Shown: piece after piece, positions 7,308 to 14,370 of the stretch
Numbering within the stretch: the stretch's first letter is position 1
Layout of the letters: each line of letters begins with the position of its first letter
From: a virus
Direction: 5' to 3' (one strand)
Length of the DNA: 37,876 nucleotides
Virus record (IMG/VR): IMGVR_UViG_3300037827_000189
The notes under the pieces: model-generated
The model's input: the letters and a program-made list of their open reading frames with translations, nothing else
Told to the model about the DNA's origin: nothing
Databases searched by the model: none
Translations under genes and position numbers: made by a program

Positions 7308-7804
7308 GCTGCATTACAAAAATATTAGAGTTGAAGGGCGACAAAGAATTTTTACCATTACCCAATAATCAAGTGGTTATTGAAGGTGGCGGAAACTATA
7401 AAGGGCATGAATTTCTCATCACTTTTACCCATTATGGAACCCGATGCGGTTATGTAGCGGTTCCTCCTAACACAAAATATGACAGTGACGAACTTAGTGT
7501 CCATGGCGGAGTTACTTTTGAAGATGAACATCATGGAGCTAAAAATTTATTACCTACGCCTTGCAATGATGTTTGGATTGGCTTTGATGCGGCTCATTGG
7601 GGCGATATGCGTGATTTTAACCTGGCAAAACATTATTTTGGTCAAGATAAAGACGAATATTTGCAAATTGAACTTATGGAAGAACTACATAAGGATGTTG
7701 ATGAAATGGAACGAAACGACCCATCTTTTTCTCACAAAACTTATGATTATATGGTTGATCAATGTAAATCCGTTATTGAACAACTTATCGAGCAAGCAGC
7801 ATGA
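7304..7804 (+). CDS. Hypothetical protein (166 aa) with conserved-looking His/Asp patches
   Basis: ORF track with an ATGA overlap. It contains HGGVTF and GFDAAHWGD segments. No family was assigned. Confidence 0.75.
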   Translation: MSCITKILELKGDKEFLPLPNNQVVIEGGGNYKGHEFLITFTHYGTRCGYVAVPPNTKYDSDELSVHGGVTFEDEHHGAKNLLPTPCNDVWIGFDAAHWGDMRDFNLAKHYFGQDKDEYLQIELMEELHKDVDEMERNDPSFSHKTYDYMVDQCKSVIEQLIEQAA

Positions 7805-8100
7805 ATAAGCCTCTTTTATTCCGATTTCATCGAGGATTGCTTAAAGACTCCATGGATACCGTGCGAGAAATATTATCATTTGAACAATTACTCCTGATGA
7901 TTAGTATTGAATGGGAATTTGAACCAAATGAAATAAGGATCGAAAAATATGCATATGACGATCGGATTCAATGGGATACACGTATTGTATTGGCTAAATT
8001 TAAATCATTAAATCAGATAGGATTTTCACCCGTAGGATTTTTAAACCGTGCACCCGATTGGAGGCACTTACAAGGAGATAAGCTTGAAATCTGTCATTAA
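7801..8100 (+). CDS. Hypothetical protein (99 aa)
   Basis: ORF track with an ATGA overlap. Confidence 0.65.
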   Translation: MNKPLLFRFHRGLLKDSMDTVREILSFEQLLLMISIEWEFEPNEIRIEKYAYDDRIQWDTRIVLAKFKSLNQIGFSPVGFLNRAPDWRHLQGDKLEICH

Positions 8101-8950
8101 AGGTATAGCAGTAGCAGGGATTGCAGTAGCTTTAACAGCATGTCACAAAGTTCCAGCGGGCTATCGAGGCGTTATTGTGAATCTCTATGGTTCCGATAAA
8201 GGCGTTTCCGAAGAAACCGTTGGAGTAGGTCGTTATTATTTGGGATGGAATAAAGAGCTTTATTTATTCCCCACATTCCTTCAAAACTATTCTTGGACTA
8301 AAGAGCAAGCCATTACGATGCAAACCTCCGAGGGTTTGACCATTACGTCAAATGTGGGTATTACCTATCAAATCGCACCGGATAATGTGGCCAAAGTATT
8401 TACTCGATATCGGCTAGGCATTGATGAAATTACCAATACTTTTTTGCATAACATGGTTCGTGATGCCATGAATGAAATTGCCTCTACTATGACAGTGGAT
8501 CAGATTTACAGTACCCGCAAAGAGGAATTCATTACCCGTGTAAATACTATGGTTCGTGATGGAGCGGTTAAAAATGGGATTGACGTTGATAAAATCTATT
8601 TAATCGGGTCTTTTGATTTGCCTGATACCGTTATGCAGTCGATTAATTCCAAGATTCAAGCGTCACAAAATGCGGTTAAAGTAGAAAATGAGATTGCTAC
8701 AAGTCGCGCGGAAGCTCAAAAAACTATTGTCGAAGCAAAAGCTGCTGCTCAAAGACGGGTAATTGAAGCCGAAGCCAATGCCAAACAGATTACTTTGAAT
8801 GCTGAATCTCAAGCCAAAGCTAATAAAATCCTTGCAGAAAGCCTTACTCCTGAGTTTGTGCAGTACCAAGGCATTCTAAAATGGGATGGTAGATTGCCCA
8901 CAACTAACGCCTCAAATACGATTCCATTTATTAACATAGGGAAAAAATAA
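8084..8950 (+). CDS. SPFH/Band-7 (prohibitin/stomatin-like) lipoprotein
   Basis: A TTG start at 8084 lies 6 nt after AGGAG and gives the signal peptide (M)KSVIKGIAVAGIAVALTAC with an L-T-A-C lipobox. The body is SPFH-like, and the Ala/Glu/Gln-rich C-terminus ends in ILKWDGRLP, as in prohibitin homologues. Confidence 0.85.
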   Translation: MKSVIKGIAVAGIAVALTACHKVPAGYRGVIVNLYGSDKGVSEETVGVGRYYLGWNKELYLFPTFLQNYSWTKEQAITMQTSEGLTITSNVGITYQIAPDNVAKVFTRYRLGIDEITNTFLHNMVRDAMNEIASTMTVDQIYSTRKEEFITRVNTMVRDGAVKNGIDVDKIYLIGSFDLPDTVMQSINSKIQASQNAVKVENEIATSRAEAQKTIVEAKAAAQRRVIEAEANAKQITLNAESQAKANKILAESLTPEFVQYQGILKWDGRLPTTNASNTIPFINIGKK

Positions 8951-9183
8951 TGAAATCCTTACCCCTCTTAAAAGCAATTGGACTGCTTATGCTTCTAATG
9001 TTCACTACAGGTATTGTTTTGCCTTGGGTTATTAGTAATGTATTGATGCCGGTCTGGATGATTATGTTTACATTTGCAGCCGTTCTATGTCTTTGGGTTA
9101 TCATTTTAGAAAGACCCTATCGAAAACTAATTAAGTCCGCTTTAAAAGCGTTTCGCAAGGAGGAAAAAGTAAATGTGGATTGA
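8950..9183 (+). CDS. Small membrane protein with two predicted TM helices (77 aa)
   Basis: It has two long hydrophobic stretches, and its start abuts the SPFH stop. Confidence 0.7.
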   Translation: MKSLPLLKAIGLLMLLMFTTGIVLPWVISNVLMPVWMIMFTFAAVLCLWVIILERPYRKLIKSALKAFRKEEKVNVD

Positions 9184-9505
9184 ATATGAATTAACTTTTA
9201 AGGGTGAAGTGTACGAAAAAGGAATGTTTAACTCTGATCAAATAAAATGGATTCAGATTGAACAACATGGCGGTGGATACGGGCAAGCAATCGAAATGTA
9301 TTATGATGGCTATGATTCTAAGTGCGTTTTTATAGCTGATGATAAAGATGCCATTGCCAAAGTATGGATTGCGTTACAAAATGCTATTTCCGGCGTTCCT
9401 AGCAGCGTTACAGGCATCGGATTCATTCGACCTGTTCAAAGACCCTTCCTCAATGATTCCACGCTTATTCCATCAGCTTATTCTGGCGAACCATCAAGCG
9501 AATAG
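9173..9505 (+). CDS. Hypothetical protein (110 aa)
   Basis: ORF track, with AAGGAGG upstream. Confidence 0.65.
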   Translation: MWIEYELTFKGEVYEKGMFNSDQIKWIQIEQHGGGYGQAIEMYYDGYDSKCVFIADDKDAIAKVWIALQNAISGVPSSVTGIGFIRPVQRPFLNDSTLIPSAYSGEPSSE

Positions 9506-9539
9506 AGCTATTAAATCCTAAGTAGTTGATATAAGATGA

Positions 9540-9585
9540 CCTTATGCGAAAGTTCGGCGCAATCGCATAAGGCTGGCGCAAGCCA
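9540..9585 (+). other. Two adjacent strong hairpins in a non-coding gap
   Basis: CCTTATGCGA (9540-9549) pairs perfectly with TCGCATAAGG (9563-9572). TGGC-GCAA-GCCA (9574-9585) forms a GNRA-capped hairpin. No T-run follows either one. Confidence 0.4.
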
Positions 9586-9672
9586 CTGACAGTACACCGT
9601 GTAATTCTTCAATGGACACGCTGCACTGAGGACAGTTTAACCATTGGAGAAGTAAAAAGCAAAGGAGATTTG

Positions 9673-9849
9673 ATGCCAATTGATATCTATGCAAAATCCG
9701 TGCAGCTTCTGGAGCGCGTTGCTAATTCGGTACATGAGCGGGAACCCAAAAACCCCAACCTACTTTTTTTCAGTGGAAATGAAGTTCAAGTAGTTGAGGA
9801 TTGGATGAGAGAACTTCTAACAGAATTAAAAGAACAAGAAGAAAAATGA
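9673..9849 (+). CDS. Hypothetical small protein (58 aa)
   Basis: Hand-translated (MPIDIYAKSV...). A strong AAAGGAGA lies upstream and a terminator follows directly. Confidence 0.5.
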   Translation: MPIDIYAKSVQLLERVANSVHEREPKNPNLLFFSGNEVQVVEDWMRELLTELKEQEEK

Positions 9850-9851
9850 AA

Positions 9852-9885
9852 AGCCCGAAAGTGGAGACACCAACGGGCTTTTTTG
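9852..9885 (+). terminator. Rho-independent terminator
   Basis: An AGCCCG/CGGGCT stem is followed by TTTTTTG. Confidence 0.6.
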
Positions 9886-9943
9886 TGTCATAAACTAATC
9901 AAAAGGAGTCAAATATGAAAAATCACTACAAGGTAACTATAGC

Positions 9944-10213
9944 ATGAAAGATGAGATTATCAATACAAGTTCCGAGAATGAATCAACAGGATTTTTCTTG
10001 ATTGAAATTAATACTATAAAAATGATTACTGACCTGGAAGCACTCGGGATGTATACTTATATGAAAATGCTTGTAGAGCAAGGGATTACAACTTGCGTTA
10101 TTATTCTTGACTTATTATGCAAGAATTTTTCAATTACTGAAAATTACGCTTTACACAAGCTTAAATTATTAAACGATTTGGGGTTAATGATGATTGTAAA
10201 AACAAAAAGTTAA
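9944..10213 (+). CDS. Hypothetical protein, possibly a winged-helix DNA-binding protein (89 aa)
   Basis: ORF track. Its layout resembles the N-terminus of the downstream initiator. The start is coupled by ATGA to a 10-codon upstream mini-ORF. Confidence 0.6.
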   Translation: MKDEIINTSSENESTGFFLIEINTIKMITDLEALGMYTYMKMLVEQGITTCVIILDLLCKNFSITENYALHKLKLLNDLGLMMIVKTKS

Positions 10214-10314
10214 ATTTAGGCATCCTGCCTTACTCCCAATTATCAACCACAAATTGATAAGAGGGGACATCCATACAACGTGCTGAACCGGCACAAAAAC
10301 AAGGTAATTATACC

Positions 10315-11145
10315 ATGAGTGAGATCACGCTTAAACAAAAATCTATCAATTTACCTGCTTATATCAATATTCCTTTTTTTTTATATCAAGATGAACGACT
10401 TGATAAAGCAGCGACTCTTATAGCAGCTTTTTTTTATTCCCTTCATACATCCTCTATGAAAATAATCGCTTCTAGTGATTATTTATGTCAACTAGCAGGA
10501 ATTAAGAAAAGACAATTTTATTACATTATGAATTTGTTAGAAGAACTGGGTTATATCCAAAGAAAAGGATTCACCAATCGTAAAAAAATACATTGGGTAC
10601 ATCGTACAAAATCTGAAATAATTGTCAACGAATTAGACACTAGTGCACTGGACTGCACTAACGTACAAGAATTAAACACTAGTGCAGTCCAGTGCACTCA
10701 ACTAGTGCAGTCCAGTGCACTCAACTTGTGCACTCCAGTGCATACATATATTAAAGAAGATACTAAAGACTATAAAAAACTAACTACTGTAAATGAAGAA
10801 ATGCCAAGTAGTAGTAGTTTTTTTTCTGACAAACAAGAAAAAGAGCTTTTAAGTTACAAGCTAAAAAAAGATGAACGAGCCGATGAGTTATTCCTGTCAC
10901 ATTGCCAACATCACATCGAAAACCAGGATAATGACTACGGGAAATTTGAACGACTTACAGGACTAAAGCATATCCTTACCAAGCTTTATGAAATCCAAGA
11001 TGTCTTTAAGGCTAAGGGATTCGGCAAAGAAGAGAAAAAACAGGAAAAACGTACCAAACCGCCAACCAAAGAAGATTTTGAGAATTACAAAAAGTGCGTT
11101 CCTGGTTATGAATGGGTTCGAGACTGGAGAGCTAAAGAGGCTTAA
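10315..11145 (+). CDS. Replication initiator protein (lambda O-like organisation)
   Basis: The N-terminus has a winged-helix-like segment (DYLCQLAGIKKRQFYYIMNLLEELGYIQRKG). Iterons followed by an AT-rich tract lie inside the coding sequence. Confidence 0.7.
   Translation: MSEITLKQKSINLPAYINIPFFLYQDERLDKAATLIAAFFYSLHTSSMKIIASSDYLCQLAGIKKRQFYYIMNLLEELGYIQRKGFTNRKKIHWVHRTKSEIIVNELDTSALDCTNVQELNTSAVQCTQLVQSSALNLCTPVHTYIKEDTKDYKKLTTVNEEMPSSSSFFSDKQEKELLSYKLKKDERADELFLSHCQHHIENQDNDYGKFERLTGLKHILTKLYEIQDVFKAKGFGKEEKKQEKRTKPPTKEDFENYKKCVPGYEWVRDWRAKEA
10638..10745. repeat. Origin-like iteron cluster: four palindromic 18-bp repeats of the form AGTGCA-N6-TGCACT
   Basis: The copies lie at 10642-10659, 10681-10698 and 10704-10721, with a degenerate fourth at 10727-10743. 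Copies two to four are spaced 23 bp apart. An AT-rich tract follows. Confidence 0.75.
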
Positions 11146-11163
11146 TTTACATAAGGAAATCTC

Positions 11164-11361
11164 ATGGACGAAGATTATCCCCCAAAATCAGGAATCCTAC
11201 CCCAATACGCCCATTTACGGGGAATGGTAGAGAACATGCCGGTAATCAGGAAAAAACTAGGACTTAGCGAATATGGAGCCATCCCAACAAATACCGCTAT
11301 CGGTAGAGCAGTGCAAAGATTTGTTGAAAATGATAGCAAAGATGTTATGTGTGAAAGCTGA
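11164..11361 (+). CDS. Hypothetical protein (65 aa)
   Basis: ORF track, with AAGGAA upstream. Confidence 0.45.
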   Translation: MDEDYPPKSGILPQYAHLRGMVENMPVIRKKLGLSEYGAIPTNTAIGRAVQRFVENDSKDVMCES

Positions 11362-11533
11362 TTTAATTAGCATGAGACTCTTGAGCAAAGAAGACAAACA
11401 AGATATGTTGAAAGGATATGTACCCATTGAATCTCTTATTGCGCATGTTAAGATATGGTTACAGAATGGAATGCCTGATTATGCGAATGGGCTAACTGAA
11501 CCAACAATAAATTTTAACTTACGGATGAGATAA
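11273..11533 (+). CDS. Hypothetical protein; start uncertain (11273, 11330 or 11372)
   Basis: ORF track. The longest form overlaps the preceding ORF by 89 nt. The stop overlaps the csp start. Confidence 0.45.
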   Translation: MEPSQQIPLSVEQCKDLLKMIAKMLCVKADLISMRLLSKEDKQDMLKGYVPIESLIAHVKIWLQNGMPDYANGLTEPTINFNLRMR

Positions 11534-11733
11534 TGCAAACAGGAACAGTAAAATGGTTTAATGAAGCAAAAGGATTTGGGTTCTTAGCAAGTGAAGGCAA
11601 AGATTATTTTGTGTACTTCAAAGAGATTCAAGCGACAGGGTTTAAAACGTTGAAAGAAGGCCAAAAGGTGACATTCACTGCCGGAACCTCACCAAAAGGC
11701 GTATGCGCTACTGACGTAAAAGTTATTGCTTAA
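11533..11733 (+). CDS. csp: Cold-shock domain protein (CspA family)
   Basis: [15 protein letters not shown] (RNP1) and DYFVYF (RNP2 variant) are present. At 66 aa it is colinear with E. coli CspA. Confidence 0.92.
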   Translation: MQTGTVKWFNEAKGFGFLASEGKDYFVYFKEIQATGFKTLKEGQKVTFTAGTSPKGVCATDVKVIA

Positions 11734-12112
11734 TTTCTTTTTCAACTTGTGCGTAAAATAAATCATGAACATCTTTAGAAAGCTTATGGAATAAATCCGT
11801 GAGCTTACCGCGCAATTCCTCATCAGGGCTTTTGACGATTTCGGCTAATGCCCCGTGAGTAATTCCAAGCACAAGAGAAACGTTCTCTAAATAACTGATT
11901 ATGTCTTGAAGCTTTTCAACTTTGCTTTTAACTTGGCTGGTATTCTCACCGCAATCAACCCCGCAAATCATTTCCTTAAGCTGCTCTTTGGCAAATCCCA
12001 ATTTGTGGGTTTTCTGCTCCCAATTAATCATGCAATCCCGCCAATTCAAATACCATTCTCCAATTTGATGGCAAATGTGGTCTATTTGTTGCGTTGTTAA
12101 TCCTACTGTCAT
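11723..12112 (-). CDS. Hypothetical protein (129 aa)
   Basis: ORF track. Its 3' end overlaps the convergent csp gene by 11 nt. Confidence 0.7.
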   Translation of the reverse strand: MTVGLTTQQIDHICHQIGEWYLNWRDCMINWEQKTHKLGFAKEQLKEMICGVDCGENTSQVKSKVEKLQDIISYLENVSLVLGITHGALAEIVKSPDEELRGKLTDLFHKLSKDVHDLFYAQVEKEIKQ

Positions 12113-12331
12113 TTAAAACTCCCCGTTCTCAATCAAGTTAATATGTGCAATTGCTGCAATTTCTGCTTGTGATTCATTTTCGTAAAACTCCTCACTGTCA
12201 CGGTACTCCTCTGTACCCCAAATTTCTTTATAAATTTCATTATCCGTGAATATTTTATAAGCCCATCCTTCAGCGTGAGGAAGTTTTTCATAAAATGTTT
12301 CGTATTCATAGTAGCTATAGCGTTTTCTCAT
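12113..12331 (-). CDS. Hypothetical acidic protein (72 aa)
   Basis: ORF track; it abuts both neighbours. Confidence 0.65.
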   Translation of the reverse strand: MRKRYSYYEYETFYEKLPHAEGWAYKIFTDNEIYKEIWGTEEYRDSEEFYENESQAEIAAIAHINLIENGEF

Positions 12332-12615
12332 TATGCAGCCTCTAATTGTTCATAGAAATTTAGATACCGACGGCAAAAAGATGCTAAACTCTCCGCTGCG
12401 TATGGGTGGATGCACTTTTCTATGATTGTTTGCCCCTCATCGTTTTCAATCTCAAGGACGAAACCGAACTGTTTGTTTTTACCTAGCCACACGTGATGGT
12501 CATCACCCATTAGTTCAGCTATTGATAAATCCTCTAACGTTCGCTTGGGTGAGTACTCCTCACCCTCCCATGGATTGTAAACGTTTTCATCTGAAATTCT
12601 GCATGGCATATTCAT
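12331..12615 (-). CDS. Hypothetical protein (94 aa)
   Basis: ORF track. Confidence 0.7.
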   Translation of the reverse strand: MNMPCRISDENVYNPWEGEEYSPKRTLEDLSIAELMGDDHHVWLGKNKQFGFVLEIENDEGQTIIEKCIHPYAAESLASFCRRYLNFYEQLEAA

Positions 12616-12792
12616 TTAATTCGCCCCAATTTTTCGTTCATAAAATTTATTCGCTATTTCATATTTCGAACTGCTAAATAAAAACGATACTCGCTCACCC
12701 ACTATTTTTGCTACATGAAAGATGAACCCATCCGTTAATAACTCAATTTTCGTGCGCTTGACGCGCACACTATCCAAGATTTGATATTTCAT
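12616..12792 (-). CDS. Hypothetical small protein (58 aa)
   Basis: Hand-translated (MKYQILDSVRVKR...). The ATG overlaps the J-domain gene stop as TAATG, and the ORF ends one nt before the next start. Confidence 0.5.
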   Translation of the reverse strand: MKYQILDSVRVKRTKIELLTDGFIFHVAKIVGERVSFLFSSSKYEIANKFYERKIGAN

Positions 12793-13280
12793 TATGCTGC
12801 CCTTAGTTTGTTACGTTCTTTTTCTGTTACCTTCTCACTACCATGAGAAGCTCTTATTTCATCCATGCTAAATTTACCCCTTCCTTTAGATTTATAATCT
12901 GCTGGCCTGAAATACCAAAGTTTCTTTTTTGGTGCCCATTTAAAGCCCGCTTCTTTAAGCTTTTCTTTGTGTGGCCGTGTATCACCGTGTAACCATATCC
13001 AAGCCCCACATATTTCTATATCGAATCCAAGCCCCATAATTGCGTTTAGGGCGTTGTTTAGGTCTTCTCCATATGTTGAGTAGTCTCCCTCTATTTTCGC
13101 TTCACCTGTAGCGTTTTTTAGAGCTTCATAGGCTTGGTTAACTAGCTTCATCATCTCTAATCCGGCTGGGTTTCTATCTGGATGATAAAGAGAGCAAGCT
13201 TTTCGATAAGCTGCCTTTACTGTTTCTGGATTGTATTCGCCAGTGATTCCCAATACTTTTAGCGCGTCATTTGTATGCAT
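12792..13280 (-). CDS. J-domain (DnaJ-like co-chaperone) protein with a non-DnaJ C-terminal domain
   Basis: The N-terminus has a J domain with the HPD motif (YRKACSLYHPDRNP). The C-terminus is Trp- and Lys-rich and lacks a Gly/Phe region and a zinc-finger region. Confidence 0.85.
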   Translation of the reverse strand: MHTNDALKVLGITGEYNPETVKAAYRKACSLYHPDRNPAGLEMMKLVNQAYEALKNATGEAKIEGDYSTYGEDLNNALNAIMGLGFDIEICGAWIWLHGDTRPHKEKLKEAGFKWAPKKKLWYFRPADYKSKGRGKFSMDEIRASHGSEKVTEKERNKLRAA

Positions 13281-13282
13281 TT

Positions 13283-13486
13283 TTAACCTCTTATTTCTAA
13301 AATAATGTCTCTTACTATTTCTCTGTCCATGCTATCCCCTTCAAATGAAATTCCGTTTCTAGGCTCTTCTTTCATTCGCTTTATTCTTATACAGGTTGCT
13401 TGCCATACCTCTTCACGTGTTGCACCTATGTCGTAAATTTCATCTTTTCCGTAAAAACTCATAACGTAATCAACAAATTCTTTCAT
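13283..13486 (-). CDS. Hypothetical protein (67 aa)
   Basis: The ATG at 13486 follows GAGGTG. The longer track start at 13543 lies inside the predicted promoter. Confidence 0.65.
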   Translation of the reverse strand: MKEFVDYVMSFYGKDEIYDIGATREEVWQATCIRIKRMKEEPRNGISFEGDSMDREIVRDIILEIRG

Positions 13487-13514
13487 TTCACACCTCATTA
13501 TTCTTGATAGGTGA

Positions 13515-13543
13515 ATAGTATATGACGAGAATCGACATGTCAA
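13515..13543 (-). promoter_or_regulatory. Sigma70-like promoter for the 13486-11723 operon
   Basis: The minus strand reads TTGACA, then TATACT after 15 nt or TACTAT after 17 nt. Confidence 0.5.
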
Positions 13544-13566
13544 GAGTCATCCTAAATATTTATCAT

Positions 13567-13605
13567 AAAATTGACGCGTACATAAAAACACACCGTGTCA
13601 ATTTT
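13567..13605. repeat. 9-bp perfect inverted repeat AAAATTGAC / GTCAATTTT
   Basis: The arms at 13567-13575 and 13597-13605 are separated by 21 bp in the non-coding switch region. Confidence 0.6.
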
Positions 13606-13656
13606 GCGTTGTATACAAATAAATCAGATTAACGCGGTATTTTCATACCTTTCATG

Positions 13657-13691
13657 TTATCCCCACACTTATTCACTGATTTTGTGGATAA
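13657..13691. promoter_or_regulatory. Pair of inverted DnaA-box-like sites
   Basis: TGTGGATAA (13683-13691) is the exact reverse complement of the consensus TTATCCACA. TTATCCCCA (13657-13665) has one mismatch. Confidence 0.5.
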
Positions 13692-13782
13692 CTAGCCTTG
13701 TGCTATCTTTAGAACTAAGCGGTGCAAAGGATTTGCCCGCGAGTTATTAATCGATTAATGACTTTTACAAGGAGCGCTTCAA

Positions 13783-13965
13783 ATGAGCGAAGTTAAAGAC
13801 TATTCCGATGAAAAGGAAAACACCCATTACAATGGTGTTCCTTCTATGTATGGAAAAATGGTTAACAAACAGAATTCCATGCAACCAAAGTATTGCGAGC
13901 CTGGCATGCCCTCTGATGATGGTGCAATGAAGGGTGAGAAACGCAACGAGCAAGCTGGGCCATAA
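13783..13965 (+). CDS. Hypothetical protein (60 aa), first gene of the late operon
   Basis: ORF track, with AAGGAG seven nt upstream. Confidence 0.55.
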   Translation: MSEVKDYSDEKENTHYNGVPSMYGKMVNKQNSMQPKYCEPGMPSDDGAMKGEKRNEQAGP

Positions 13966-13995
13966 GTCAGTCGGACACTACAAAAGGGTCGTGCT

Positions 13996-14370
13996 ATGGG
14001 AACACCCAATAAGTACAAAAATGAGTACTGTAAAAAAGCGGAGGAGATTCTTGCCGGAGGTAGGAGTCTCGCTGCTGTTTGTGCAAAATTAAACATTGCC
14101 AGGTCAACTTTGTACGAGTGGCGTGATAATAACCCAGAATTTAAGCAAGCAATTGATAAAGGTTTGCAAAAGTGTCAAGCCTATTGGGAAGAACTGGGCA
14201 TTGATGGCGTGGTTGGTAACTATGAAAAGTTTTCCGCTGCTCCATGGATTTTCACCATGAAGAACCGCTTTCGTGATGATTACACCGAAGAAAAAGACGA
14301 TAAGCAAGACAATGCCGTTTCGGTATTAGAGAAGATTATAACCGGCGAGATAAAGGTCAAGAATGATTAA
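13996..14370 (+). CDS. Terminase small subunit
   Basis: An N-terminal HTH segment (LAAVCAKLNIARSTLYEWRDNNPEFKQAI) is typical of small terminases. It lies directly upstream of TerL and overlaps it. Confidence 0.75.
   Translation: MGTPNKYKNEYCKKAEEILAGGRSLAAVCAKLNIARSTLYEWRDNNPEFKQAIDKGLQKCQAYWEELGIDGVVGNYEKFSAAPWIFTMKNRFRDDYTEEKDDKQDNAVSVLEKIITGEIKVKND

Noticed and set aside
10638-10745. Possible mini-CRISPR array or transposon terminal repeats, given the repeated 18-bp units.
   Set aside because: The repeats are internally palindromic and 23 bp apart with no unique spacers of CRISPR size. They lie inside an initiator gene and are followed by AT-rich DNA, which fits origin iterons far better.
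10988-11230. An 80-aa plus-strand ORF overlapping the 3' end of the initiator gene.
   Set aside because: It is an alternate frame of the Lys-rich initiator C-terminus, it is compositionally biased, and it conflicts with better-supported neighbours.
13765-14096. Minus-strand ORFs 13765-13953 and 13827-14096, antisense to the start of the late operon.
   Set aside because: They overlap plus-strand ORFs that have ribosome-binding sites, including the small terminase with its recognisable HTH. Nothing supports expression.
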